Assembly (NCBI GenBank): GCA_028708215.1
Contig: JAQVZL010000002.1
Coordinates: 1,605-65,604, forward strand
DNA from: Bacteroidales bacterium
Lineage (GTDB): Bacteria > Bacteroidota > Bacteroidia > Bacteroidales > UBA932
Direction of reading: 5' to 3'
DNA: 64,000 nt
How positions within the stretch are numbered: the first letter of the stretch is position 1; the number at the start of each line of letters is the position of its first letter. Shown one piece after another: positions 46,119 through 55,900 of this stretch. Made by a program: the position numbers and the translations under genes. The notes under the pieces were generated by a model. The model was given only the letters and a program-made list of their open reading frames with translations. It was not told where the DNA came from and made no database searches.

Positions 46119-47456
46119 ATGAGAATAATATCTTTATTTGTGCTACTGTTTATTAATCTATTTGTATTTGCACAAAAACCAATAACATATGTAATTGAAG
46201 TAAAAGAAGAGATAAACGCCTCCTCTTTTAAAAGAATCTCAAAAGGTCTTAAAGAGGCAAAAGAGCTAGATGCTAAATATATAATTATACACTTGAATAC
46301 ATATGGTGGTGCTGTAGATGCAGCCGATAGTATACGTACAACTCTTTTAAATAACTCAATTCCTACAGCAGTGTTTATTGACAATCAAGCGGCCTCGGCT
46401 GGAGCATTAATATCTATAGCCTGCGACAGTATCTATATGAGAGAGGGAGCTAGCATAGGTGCTGCAACTGTTGTTAATCAATCTGGAGAGCCAATGCCAG
46501 ATAAATATCAATCGTTCATGAGAGCAATGATGAGGTCTACTGCCCAAGCCAATGGACGCGACCCAAGAATTGCCGAGGCAATGGTAGATCCTTCGGTTTA
46601 TATAGAAGGAGTAATTGATAGTGCAAAAGTGTTAAGTTTTACTCCAGAAGAGGCTATCTCTAATGGCTACTGCGAGGGAGTTGCATCTTCTCTTGAAGAG
46701 GCTGTTGCTCTATTTATTCCCACTGTAGAGACAGATATCCAGAAACAAAAACTTACAATTATAGATAGAATCTTACTCTTTTTCTTAACTCCAGCTATTC
46801 AGGGTCTTCTTTTAATGGTTATTGTTGGAGGAATCTACTTTGAACTGCAAACCCCTGGCATGGGATTTCCATCGGCTGCAGCACTATTAGCTGCTATTCT
46901 CTATTTCTCTCCACTCTACTTAGATGGATTAGCACAAAACTGGGAAATCATTGTATTTGTATTAGGAGTACTACTCATTTTAGCCGAAATATTTGTAATT
47001 CCAGGATTTGGAATTGCAGGAGTATCTGGTATTATACTTATGATTACAGGTCTCTCATTTGCCATGATAGACAACACTCTATTTTACTACGAAGGGAATT
47101 TCGATTTTATTGTAATTATAAAACCAATATCAATAGTACTACTAAGTACATTTATCTCTATTACAGGGTCAATCTATTTAGCAGGTAAGTTTCTAAACAG
47201 CTCTTTTATGCCTGGTTTATCACTTAAGACTGTATTAAAAGAGAGTGAAGGGTATGGAATCTCTAACACATTATTACCTCAATTAATAGGTAAAACGGCT
47301 GTTGCTCGCACAGATATGATGCCATCTGGTAAAATTGAAATTGATGGGAAGTGGTACGAAGCCTCTTTAGTAAATGGCTTAGCTGTAAAAGGAGATATTG
47401 TAGTAGTTACTCGCTCCCAGGGAGGAAGACTTTATTGCGAGCGTCTTGATCAATAA
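46119..47456 (+). CDS. NfeD family membrane protein, long form (ClpP-like serine protease domain + TM segments + C-terminal OB-fold)
   Basis: 445 aa. HLNTYGGAVDAADSI and AASAGALISIACD form the ClpP-like region. Central hydrophobic helices follow, then a C-terminal GKIEIDGKWYEA...GDIVVV beta domain. Confidence 0.8.
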   Translation: MRIISLFVLLFINLFVFAQKPITYVIEVKEEINASSFKRISKGLKEAKELDAKYIIIHLNTYGGAVDAADSIRTTLLNNSIPTAVFIDNQAASAGALISIACDSIYMREGASIGAATVVNQSGEPMPDKYQSFMRAMMRSTAQANGRDPRIAEAMVDPSVYIEGVIDSAKVLSFTPEEAISNGYCEGVASSLEEAVALFIPTVETDIQKQKLTIIDRILLFFLTPAIQGLLLMVIVGGIYFELQTPGMGFPSAAALLAAILYFSPLYLDGLAQNWEIIVFVLGVLLILAEIFVIPGFGIAGVSGIILMITGLSFAMIDNTLFYYEGNFDFIVIIKPISIVLLSTFISITGSIYLAGKFLNSSFMPGLSLKTVLKESEGYGISNTLLPQLIGKTAVARTDMMPSGKIEIDGKWYEASLVNGLAVKGDIVVVTRSQGGRLYCERLDQ

Positions 47457-48732
47457 GTTCTAATAGTTTATCAATAGCTTCATCTTCTGGTACAGATCTG
47501 TAAATAGGCTCTTTGCCTCTATAGATGCTTACCTTACCTCTACCTTCACCTACATAACCATAATGGGCATCTGCCATCTCCCCGGGTCCATTTACAATAC
47601 AGCCCATTACTGCTATATTATATCCTACAAGATGAGATGTTCTTTTTTTTACCTCTTCAAAAGTCTTCTCTAGGTTAAATAGGGTACGTCCACAACCCGG
47701 GCAAGCAATATATTCAGGCTTTGTAAATTTGCGTCTTGTTGCTTGTAATAAGTTCTCTTTAAATTCTATAATCTTTTTTGTTGGAATTTCTTCTCCCAAA
47801 ATAGTTCCAGATATAGTAAAATCGTCTATTTTTTTTTCAAGTAGGAGTGGCCCATAATCACAAGAGGCTCTCAAGATAAACTCCTGATAACTTTTACAAT
47901 CATATATTGTGCTATTTGAGTATTCATTGCGAATATTTGACTTATTCTCAAAATATTTTGCAATAAACTGTGCAACAGGAATTTCATTTACTGGGTGTTC
48001 GGTTAGAGATACTCTTATTGTATCTCCAATTCCTAATTTAAGCAAAGAGGCAAGACCTACAGCAGATTTAATTCTCCCTTCATTGCCATTGCCTGCCTCT
48101 GTAACTCCTAGATGGAGAGGGTAGAGTATCCCTTTTTGCTTCATATGGTTATATAATAGCTTATATGCCTCAACCATAACCAGAGGATTACTTGCCTTAA
48201 GAGATACTATAATTTGATTAAAATTATTTTCTTGTGCCATCTCTATCCACTCAACTGTTGCTGCTGCCATCCCCTGAGGTGTATTACCGTAGGTAGCAGT
48301 AATTCTATCTCCCAGAGAACCATGGTTTACACCTATTCTAATTGAGGTGCCGTAAGTTTTACACACTTTAATAAGATTAGCAAATTCTCTTTGGGCGCTC
48401 GCTCTATTTTTTGCAAAATTACCTGGGTTAATTCTTACTTTATCTGCAACTTTTGCAGCTGCAAGAGCAACCTCAAAAGAGAAATGAACATCGGCAACTA
48501 ATGGGGTTGTGACTCCTTCTTTTTTTAGCATTTTTTTTATCTGCCCAAGAGCTTCTACCTCCTTTAAACCTTGTGTAGTCAATCTAATAATTTGAGCACC
48601 AGCTTTAGAGAGTTGAACAGCTTGTTTAAAAGAGCTCTCAATATCTGTTGTAGAGGTATTACACATAGTTTGAACTACTATGTTTCCACTACCAACTACA
48701 ACATCACCAACATTTACCGCTATTTTTCTCAT
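47407..48732 (-). CDS. ispG: 4-hydroxy-3-methylbut-2-en-1-yl diphosphate synthase (MEP pathway), with a moderate inter-domain insertion
   Basis: 441 aa. The N-terminus contains VVQTMCNT and the IRLT region. The Fe-S domain has ACPGCGRT and GCIVNGPGE. The 3' end overlaps nfeD by 50 nt. Confidence 0.9.
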   Translation of the reverse strand: MRKIAVNVGDVVVGSGNIVVQTMCNTSTTDIESSFKQAVQLSKAGAQIIRLTTQGLKEVEALGQIKKMLKKEGVTTPLVADVHFSFEVALAAAKVADKVRINPGNFAKNRASAQREFANLIKVCKTYGTSIRIGVNHGSLGDRITATYGNTPQGMAAATVEWIEMAQENNFNQIIVSLKASNPLVMVEAYKLLYNHMKQKGILYPLHLGVTEAGNGNEGRIKSAVGLASLLKLGIGDTIRVSLTEHPVNEIPVAQFIAKYFENKSNIRNEYSNSTIYDCKSYQEFILRASCDYGPLLLEKKIDDFTISGTILGEEIPTKKIIEFKENLLQATRRKFTKPEYIACPGCGRTLFNLEKTFEEVKKRTSHLVGYNIAVMGCIVNGPGEMADAHYGYVGEGRGKVSIYRGKEPIYRSVPEDEAIDKLLELIDQDARNKVFLPGSE

Positions 48733-48750
48733 GCAAAAGAGTCTGTTATA

Positions 48751-49365
48751 TTAAAGTTGAATATTCAAAGTAAGACTAAATATTAGCTGCTTAGGATAGG
48801 TGAAAAGATAATCTGTAGTACTATACTTTTTAGGATCATGCAAATAGGTTAATGAGTATTGATAATTGCCCTCTAAATGAATCTCTATTGGCTTAAGAAT
48901 AAAAGCTAAACCACCACCTGCTGTAAAGCCAGCATCTATTTTATTATCGTACTCATCAAAGCTAGAATTATCAAAATTGTTTTTGGAGTATCTATACCCA
49001 CCAAAACAACCTGCATTCAGTAGAATTCTCATTTTCCAAAAGTCAAAGTGAAATTGAGAAACAAGAGGGATTGAGATAACCTCATAGGTGTTTACACCAT
49101 CTTTACTAAGATATCCTTGAGACTGCTTACTTATACCAGTTTGGATACCAAAAAACTTTATAGTTCCCCAAAGATCATGATAATAAGTATAAACCAAAGA
49201 GTAGTTTTGGGTGGTAGAGATAGTCTCGTGCTCAAAATCTGGCCTTGTATCAAGCCCACTTATATTATATCCCGCTCTTACACCTATAAGATGCTGTTTT
49301 GTTTGACCTTTCAATCCACTGAACAGCGCTAAAGAAAATAGTATTAAAAATATATGTTTATTCAC
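48751..49365 (-). CDS. Small outer-membrane beta-barrel protein (porin/PorT-like family)
   Basis: 204 aa. Signal peptide, alternating hydrophobic beta-strand pattern, and an aromatic-rich C-terminal strand. Confidence 0.6.
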   Translation of the reverse strand: MNKHIFLILFSLALFSGLKGQTKQHLIGVRAGYNISGLDTRPDFEHETISTTQNYSLVYTYYHDLWGTIKFFGIQTGISKQSQGYLSKDGVNTYEVISIPLVSQFHFDFWKMRILLNAGCFGGYRYSKNNFDNSSFDEYDNKIDAGFTAGGGLAFILKPIEIHLEGNYQYSLTYLHDPKKYSTTDYLFTYPKQLIFSLTLNIQL

Positions 49366-49375
49366 CTTTCAAGTT

Positions 49376-51214
49376 CTAATTAAAAATTGTTCTAAGATCT
49401 ATATCTTGTACTAGCTCTACAGATTCAGGTATTGTAATTATAGTTTTTCCATCTGGCAGTGCAAACAGTCTTACTTTCTCTGGTTGTTTTTTTCTTTTCA
49501 AATTTCCAGTATCAATTAAACCATTACCATTAATATCTTCAATAACTTTTACAGAGTATTTATCTGCTTTCAAATATGGAAATTCTAATATTGTATCTCT
49601 ATCTATTTTATAACTACGGAATATTTTATCTCTGGTAATATTTGTAAGTTCTACAATGTAAGACCCAGTGCCACCACTTATATTTAGTGTAAGCTTAGAG
49701 AGTTTTTCATCTTGCGGCAGGGAAACTTTACTGTTAGTAGAGTCGTTAGTATGTTTATATATATCTGTAAATGCATTCGGCAATATTCTTAAGTAATATT
49801 CATACCCTTTAAGAATTCTCCCTTTTGGTTTTAGATAGATGAGTCTACTCCAAAGAGAATCTGAAATTATCTCATATTCCATTTTACTACTATCTCCTTT
49901 AGGTGTTTTATAGATAATAGAGAGAGAATCTTCAACAAACTTAGCTATAGGAGCATCAAATATTAAAGAGAAGCCCTTTTGTTCAAATAGAGTGGGATTG
50001 GCATCTATTGTAAACTTTAGAAGATCTTCTCGCTCTTTTTCTCCCATCATTGAGAGTACTCTATCAGACCTTCCATCTAGATTTTCTTTATTGTCACTCT
50101 CTTTTTTTGGTTTAGGTGCAACTAGGCTAAATTTCTCTACAGATGGGCTTAAAGTCTCTAAACTATCTGTTTTTAGATACTCTACACTAAATTTTAAAGA
50201 GTCTGGAACTGTTAGAGTTGTATCTGTTATCCAAAGCACTAAGCTATCCCTTTTAATATTATACTCTTTTTTAATAGAGGTTGAATTTATATTATCAAAC
50301 TTTAGTGAAATAACTTTGGGATTTGTAGCCGAAAATTTAATATATGCCATTCTTGGCTGTAGTCGTTTACTCTCCCTTATGAATTGTTTTTCATTCTCCT
50401 CTACAAAAAGATACATATCTAGTTCAGTTGGCCTATTTAAAGCTATTAGTGTATCTTTCTCATCTACAAATTTCAACTCTGTTAAAGTATCATTTAAGAA
50501 TTTAGTAGGAGTAAATAGCGAGTCTAAAAAAGCAATGCTCTCGTTTTCGGGATCGTATCTATTATTAAAATTATTGTCTTTAAAAGCAAAAACATTGTAA
50601 CGACTCTTTTTAATATTTCTCACTACAAAATATCCAAACTTATCTGTTTTAGATATAGCAGTTGGTTTTACCTTGTAAACAGCTGTATCTGATAGGTTGT
50701 CATATATAGCCACTGTGATATTTTCTTCTGGCATAAGTGTCTGAGCATTATAGATTGTACCAGAAGTATATAGAGAGTCCAAAACAGCTCCGGTAGAAAA
50801 AGGGTAGACATAAGAAGGGAAAACATTTCCTTCATTATTATCTACAATTGCTCTTCCAAAGTTCAAAGTATATGAGGTGTTTGTATCTAATGCTACAGGA
50901 AAGGTGGTTATAATACTTTTTCCTCTTATTTTAGTTTCGGGGCTCTTATCAAGAGGGGGAGAGATAAATATATTTTTTTGTTCATCTTTTAAAACTACAT
51001 ATTCATTGAATTTCATCTCTACCTCTCCTTTTTTTACTGGAAAGTTAACCTTACCAGAGTCTGGAGAGATATACAACAGAACAGGGGGAATAGTATCTTT
51101 GGGGCCTCCTAGGGGTGGAGTAGAGGTATTTGCACAAGAGCCAGTAAGTGTATAGCCAAAAACAATAAGGATTATAATTTTTACTAAATTGTTAATCTGT
51201 AATATATTTTTCAT
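49376..51214 (-). CDS. Ig-like (SbsA/Big-type) domain lipoprotein of unknown function
   Basis: 612 aa. Lipobox LTGSC, and an N-terminal PPVLLYISPDSGKVNF segment like bacterial Ig-like domains. The rest is beta-rich. Confidence 0.5.
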   Translation of the reverse strand: MKNILQINNLVKIIILIVFGYTLTGSCANTSTPPLGGPKDTIPPVLLYISPDSGKVNFPVKKGEVEMKFNEYVVLKDEQKNIFISPPLDKSPETKIRGKSIITTFPVALDTNTSYTLNFGRAIVDNNEGNVFPSYVYPFSTGAVLDSLYTSGTIYNAQTLMPEENITVAIYDNLSDTAVYKVKPTAISKTDKFGYFVVRNIKKSRYNVFAFKDNNFNNRYDPENESIAFLDSLFTPTKFLNDTLTELKFVDEKDTLIALNRPTELDMYLFVEENEKQFIRESKRLQPRMAYIKFSATNPKVISLKFDNINSTSIKKEYNIKRDSLVLWITDTTLTVPDSLKFSVEYLKTDSLETLSPSVEKFSLVAPKPKKESDNKENLDGRSDRVLSMMGEKEREDLLKFTIDANPTLFEQKGFSLIFDAPIAKFVEDSLSIIYKTPKGDSSKMEYEIISDSLWSRLIYLKPKGRILKGYEYYLRILPNAFTDIYKHTNDSTNSKVSLPQDEKLSKLTLNISGGTGSYIVELTNITRDKIFRSYKIDRDTILEFPYLKADKYSVKVIEDINGNGLIDTGNLKRKKQPEKVRLFALPDGKTIITIPESVELVQDIDLRTIFN

Positions 51215-51227
51215 ACTCTTTATACAA

Positions 51228-53543
51228 TTAATCTTCTATGTTTTCAGATCTTGCAACATTTTCTACTCCCTTTATTTGAGAAATCTGCTTCATCAGTTTT
51301 TCTAGATCTTCGGTACTATGAACATATAAATCTATAAACCCTTCGAATATACCATCGTGAGTTTCAATAAGTATTTTTCTAATATTAACGCTAAGAATCA
51401 ATGTAATATATTGGGTTAATTCGTTAAGTATGCCAACTCTATCTATTCCTCTTATCTCTATTCTGGCTAAAAAAGAGAGTACAGTATGTTTGCTCCACTT
51501 GGCATTTACAATTTTATTGCCATAACTTGAAGCAAGATGAATTGCTTCTGGACAGCTGTTTTTGTGTACAGTAACCTCGCCAAAATCGTCAATAAAGCCT
51601 ATTACTTTATCTCCAGGAATTGGTTTACAACATTTGGCTACTTCATAGGAGAGAGTTTTTTCTAAAGGGTTCTCTTTTAATAGATACCCTTTTTTATTAT
51701 CTACTTTTGTTTTTTGAGCTTTTATTGTCTCATTATTAGTTTCAACTGGCTCGTTATCTGGTTCTATATCTTCTTCTGAATCATTCTCTTGAGCTAAATC
51801 AAAAAGATCTAGGGTTTTTTCTTCGGGAGCTTTAGAAAAGTTTAAATTCCAATATCTAACAAACTTATTTTTGGAGTTTTTTTTGAGCATATTACTAAGA
51901 TCAGACAGATCTAGTACTCCAGCGCCAATTTTACTAAAAAGTTCTTCTCTATTATTTAACTTATAGATATATGTGAGCTTTTTATAAACTCTGTTTTGGG
52001 GGGGAATTCCTAAATCTGTAAGTTTTTTGTCTAATATATTTTGCCCCTCTTTTAGGTGATCTTTTATCTCAGATGTAAGAGCCTCCATTATAATCCCTTT
52101 TGCTTTAGGAGTTTTAGCAAAATCTAACCACTCTCTTTGTGGTTTTTGAGATTCGGCTGTGATTATCTCTATTTGATCTCCATTACGAAGCACATACGAT
52201 AATGGTACTAACTTGAAATTTACTTTTGCTGCAATTGCTTTATTGCCTATTTCTGAGTGTATAAAATAGGCAAAATCTAAAGCAGTGGCCCCTTTTGTTA
52301 ATGATTTAGATTCGCCTTTAGGTGTAAATACGTATATCTCGTGAGAGAGTAAATCTGAGTGAAATCTCTCTAAAAATTCAAGAGCATTGGAGTCTGGATT
52401 TTCAAGCACCTCTCTTACCTTTGCTAGCCATTTATCCATCTCATTTTCGCTAGTATCTCCGGCGCCTTTATAGTTCCAATGAGCAGCTACACCTCTTTCG
52501 GCAAGGTCATTCATTCTTGTTGTTCGTATTTGAATCTCTATCCAATTCCCTTGAGGCCCCATAACAGTGCAATGGAGAGCTTCGTAGCCATTTACTCGTG
52601 GAGTGCTTACCCAGTCTCTAATTCGGTCTGTTTTAGACAAATAGAGCTCAGTAATAAGAGAGTATATATGCCAGCATTGAATCCTTTCTGTTTGACCATC
52701 TTTGGGCTCAAATATTATTCTTACTGCATAGAGGTCATATATCTGTTCAAATGGGATAGACTTTGTCTCCATTTTTTTCCAAATAGAGTAGGGGCTTTTT
52801 GTTCTTTTTGAGATAGAAAAGTTATATCCAGCTTTTTTAAGATTATTAGATATAGGTTCAATAAACTTGTCCATTGCACAGCCTCTTTCTGCAACAGTTT
52901 GTGCTATTCTGGATTCTATATATTCATGTTGAGTAGGTATTGTATAGTAGAGCCAAATATTTTCTAATTCAGATTTAATACTGTATAACCCTAGTCTATG
53001 TGCCAGGGGTATAAATATATACATGGTTTCGCTAAGAATTTTAGACTTTTTATTGTCTGGCATTGACTCTAGAGTTCTCATGTTGTGTAGCCTATCGGCA
53101 AGTTTTATGAGAATTACTCTTACATCGTCGTTAAGAGTGAGTAGAATGCGTTTAAAATTCTCTGCTTGAGAAGAAGTTGTAGCATCAAATGCACTTTTAA
53201 TTTTGGTTAGCCCATCTACAAGTGATGCTATCTTAGCACCAAAGAGGTTTACAATATCTTCATTTGTATACTCTGTGTCTTCTACTACATCGTGAATAAG
53301 TGCAGATACAATAGACTTATAGCCAAGCCCTATCTCTTGTACAACTACTTGAGCAACAGAAATAGGGTGTAGAATATATGGCTCACCAGACCTTCTGCGT
53401 ACTCCATTATGAGCCGCTTTTGCAAAGTCGAATGCCTTTAGAACTGTTTTATACTCCTTTTCGTTGGCACATCTTTTAAGAGCAGCCAGCCTGAGTATTT
53501 CAAATTCTTTTTCTATAAGTTTATTATCTTTATCTGTGAACAT
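51228..53543 (-). CDS. Bifunctional (p)ppGpp synthetase/hydrolase, RelA/SpoT (RSH) family
   Basis: 771 aa. HD hydrolase motif HDVVEDT, a synthetase region (YEALHCTV), TGS, and a C-terminal ACT-like domain. An acidic insert (ENDSEEDIEPDNEP) precedes the Zn-finger-like CCKP...CPE region. Confidence 0.9.
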   Translation of the reverse strand: MFTDKDNKLIEKEFEILRLAALKRCANEKEYKTVLKAFDFAKAAHNGVRRRSGEPYILHPISVAQVVVQEIGLGYKSIVSALIHDVVEDTEYTNEDIVNLFGAKIASLVDGLTKIKSAFDATTSSQAENFKRILLTLNDDVRVILIKLADRLHNMRTLESMPDNKKSKILSETMYIFIPLAHRLGLYSIKSELENIWLYYTIPTQHEYIESRIAQTVAERGCAMDKFIEPISNNLKKAGYNFSISKRTKSPYSIWKKMETKSIPFEQIYDLYAVRIIFEPKDGQTERIQCWHIYSLITELYLSKTDRIRDWVSTPRVNGYEALHCTVMGPQGNWIEIQIRTTRMNDLAERGVAAHWNYKGAGDTSENEMDKWLAKVREVLENPDSNALEFLERFHSDLLSHEIYVFTPKGESKSLTKGATALDFAYFIHSEIGNKAIAAKVNFKLVPLSYVLRNGDQIEIITAESQKPQREWLDFAKTPKAKGIIMEALTSEIKDHLKEGQNILDKKLTDLGIPPQNRVYKKLTYIYKLNNREELFSKIGAGVLDLSDLSNMLKKNSKNKFVRYWNLNFSKAPEEKTLDLFDLAQENDSEEDIEPDNEPVETNNETIKAQKTKVDNKKGYLLKENPLEKTLSYEVAKCCKPIPGDKVIGFIDDFGEVTVHKNSCPEAIHLASSYGNKIVNAKWSKHTVLSFLARIEIRGIDRVGILNELTQYITLILSVNIRKILIETHDGIFEGFIDLYVHSTEDLEKLMKQISQIKGVENVARSENIED

Positions 53544-53550
53544 AAATTTT

Positions 53551-54963
53551 TTAATATAGAAGGTCTCTTTTACCCTCTTTAATCTTTTTTAGCTTTGTAG
53601 AGAGATCTTCTCTCTTATTACTATTCTTAATTAATGCAAGCTCCTCTTCAATTAATGCATATCCCGCCTTTTTTGTAGCTTCAGATGAGTAATCTTCTAG
53701 ATATTCTGCTAAGGTAAGCATTGCATTTGGGGTACAAAAACGCCCAATAAACCCTGGGATAGCATACTCCATAAAATGTTCTCCTGTTCTTCCTAAGCGG
53801 TAGCATGAGGTGCAAAAACTAGGTAAAAAACCTCTGCTAAGAAGCCACTGAATTACTGCATCTAGCTCTCTAGAGTCTCCAACTTTAAATTGCTCTCTAT
53901 CAAGATCTTGATCTTCTTTTCGCTTCTCTTGGTAACCTCCTAGCTCTAAACGAGTTCCAGCATCAATCTGAGACACCCCAAACTCTATCACAGCGTCTCT
54001 AACCTCTTTACTCTCTCTAGCTGTCATAATAAGACCTGTATATGGAACAGCTAACCTTAGTATAGCAACTAGTTGTTTAAATTCTTGGTCACTCACCTCA
54101 TAAGGCAAATTAAGTGCCATTCCAGATGCGGGTTTAATTCTAGGGAAGCTAATTGTATGTGGCCCAACGCCATATTTGTCTTGCAAATAGATAGAGTGTT
54201 GTACCAGCCCTAATACCTCAAACCTCCAATCATACAGACCAAATAGAGCTCCAATTCCTACATCGTCTATACCTGCTTCAAAAGCTCTGTCCATGGCATT
54301 AAGCCTCCACATATAATCACTTTTAATGCCAGGTCCTGGGTGATATTGAGCATAAGTCTCTTTATGGTAACTCTCTTGAAATACTTGGAAAGTACCAATT
54401 CCAGATTCTTTTACTGTTTTAAACCCTCCTACATCTAAAGGAGCTGCATTTATATTTATTCTTCTTATCTCTCCGTTGCCTTCTTTTACTCCATAGCAGG
54501 TTTTTACGTTTTCGGCAATAAACTCAGGAGTGTATTTTGGATGTTCGCCATAGACTAGTATTAATCTTTTATGCCCCTCCTTCTCTAATTGAGAAACATT
54601 TGCAATTATCTCTTTTTCTGTAAGGGTTTTTCTTACAGCTTTTGTTAGAGAGCTACGAAAACCGCAATACTTACAGTTATTAATACAGTAGTTCCCAATA
54701 TAGAGTGGTGCAAAAAGAACAATTCTATTGCCGTAAATAGACCTTTTAAGCTCTTTAGCTGTATCAAAAAGTTCTTCCCTAGCTTCAGGAGATTTAATTG
54801 CAAGTAGGGTAGCAGTCTCGTCTAAAGTGAGAGCCTGCTTTGTTTTACTTTTAGCTAGTATCTCTCTAATTTTAGGTAAGTCTTCTTTTGTGTTGTTTAT
54901 AAGATTGTGGAACAGTTTATCATCTATGAAATCTATTGCTCCATTAGTTAGTTTTTTCTCCAT
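53551..54963 (-). CDS. hydG: [FeFe]-hydrogenase maturase HydG (radical SAM tyrosine lyase)
   Basis: 470 aa. The radical-SAM motif CINNCKYC plus the C-terminal CTSC-x22-C (CX2CX22C) cluster motif distinguishes HydG from the shorter ThiH. Confidence 0.8.
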   Translation of the reverse strand: MEKKLTNGAIDFIDDKLFHNLINNTKEDLPKIREILAKSKTKQALTLDETATLLAIKSPEAREELFDTAKELKRSIYGNRIVLFAPLYIGNYCINNCKYCGFRSSLTKAVRKTLTEKEIIANVSQLEKEGHKRLILVYGEHPKYTPEFIAENVKTCYGVKEGNGEIRRININAAPLDVGGFKTVKESGIGTFQVFQESYHKETYAQYHPGPGIKSDYMWRLNAMDRAFEAGIDDVGIGALFGLYDWRFEVLGLVQHSIYLQDKYGVGPHTISFPRIKPASGMALNLPYEVSDQEFKQLVAILRLAVPYTGLIMTARESKEVRDAVIEFGVSQIDAGTRLELGGYQEKRKEDQDLDREQFKVGDSRELDAVIQWLLSRGFLPSFCTSCYRLGRTGEHFMEYAIPGFIGRFCTPNAMLTLAEYLEDYSSEATKKAGYALIEEELALIKNSNKREDLSTKLKKIKEGKRDLLY

Positions 54964-54967
54964 TAAG

Positions 54968-55900
54968 TTAAATATATCTATAATTATCTACATTTTGATA
55001 TGCGTGAGAAAGCTCGGCACCAAATAAAATTAGTGTCCAGCTTATATTCATCCAAACCATAAAAAGGGGAACTGCTGCAAATACCCCATATACTGTACTT
55101 AAACCTGTAACCATTATTTGTGTTTCTAAGTAAAGGAGCTGAACAACAATAAAGGCAACAGCTAGTATAATAGCACTGTTAAATGCTGCCGAGAGTTTTA
55201 CTTTTGTGTTTGGAATATATTTGTACATCACTGTGAATACACCAACTACAAAGAGGTAGGAGGTGAACCAGCTAAAAATTGATGTTATGGGTATATATTT
55301 ATCTATTCCTAGCTCTAATGTGTGCAATACTTTAGAATATACAAGGCCTAAGCTTAAAAAAATAAAAAACACAAAAGGAGATGCAATAATTAGAGTAAAA
55401 TAGTAAATAACTCTCTTTTTAAATGAGCGACCAGATCCAAGTTTCCAGATCTCATTAAATGCCTTCTCTACATTGAGCATTAGTATAATTATTGTAGAGA
55501 GTAAAAAGAGAAAACTAATTAGACCAAAAAGCCCATTTTTACCTCTTTCAATTATATTATTTGCAAACTCTAAGATGTATTTAACAACATCTTCGTTACC
55601 CTCAAAGTAGGTGAACATTAGCTCTTCTAACTTAACTCCTGCGCCAAATCCATTTGTAATAGCAAACATAATTGCAACGAAAGGAACAACAGACATTGCA
55701 GAAAAATAGCTCAAAGAGGTAGCTTGAAGACCCACCTTATCGGTTGTAAAACCTTTAATTGTTATAATAAGCACTTTAAGGTATTTAACCATACGAGTGT
55801 GCATAATACTAAGCTCAGACATATCTAAATGCCATATATCTGTGAGAAGGAATTTTAAAATCCTTTGATAGGTGTGCTTTATATTATCATATCTTTTCAA
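54968..55900 (-). CDS. YihY/BrkB family membrane protein
   Basis: 310 aa, polytopic. N-terminal FTTDKVGLQATSLSYFSAMSVVPF, typical of the family. Confidence 0.75.
   Translation of the reverse strand: MKRYDNIKHTYQRILKFLLTDIWHLDMSELSIMHTRMVKYLKVLIITIKGFTTDKVGLQATSLSYFSAMSVVPFVAIMFAITNGFGAGVKLEELMFTYFEGNEDVVKYILEFANNIIERGKNGLFGLISFLFLLSTIIILMLNVEKAFNEIWKLGSGRSFKKRVIYYFTLIIASPFVFFIFLSLGLVYSKVLHTLELGIDKYIPITSIFSWFTSYLFVVGVFTVMYKYIPNTKVKLSAAFNSAIILAVAFIVVQLLYLETQIMVTGLSTVYGVFAAVPLFMVWMNISWTLILFGAELSHAYQNVDNYRYI

Noticed and set aside
53551-54963. Alternative call as ThiH (thiamine biosynthesis tyrosine lyase).
   Set aside because: The length (470 aa) and the C-terminal CX2CX22C auxiliary-cluster motif are HydG-specific. 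No thiamine genes are nearby.
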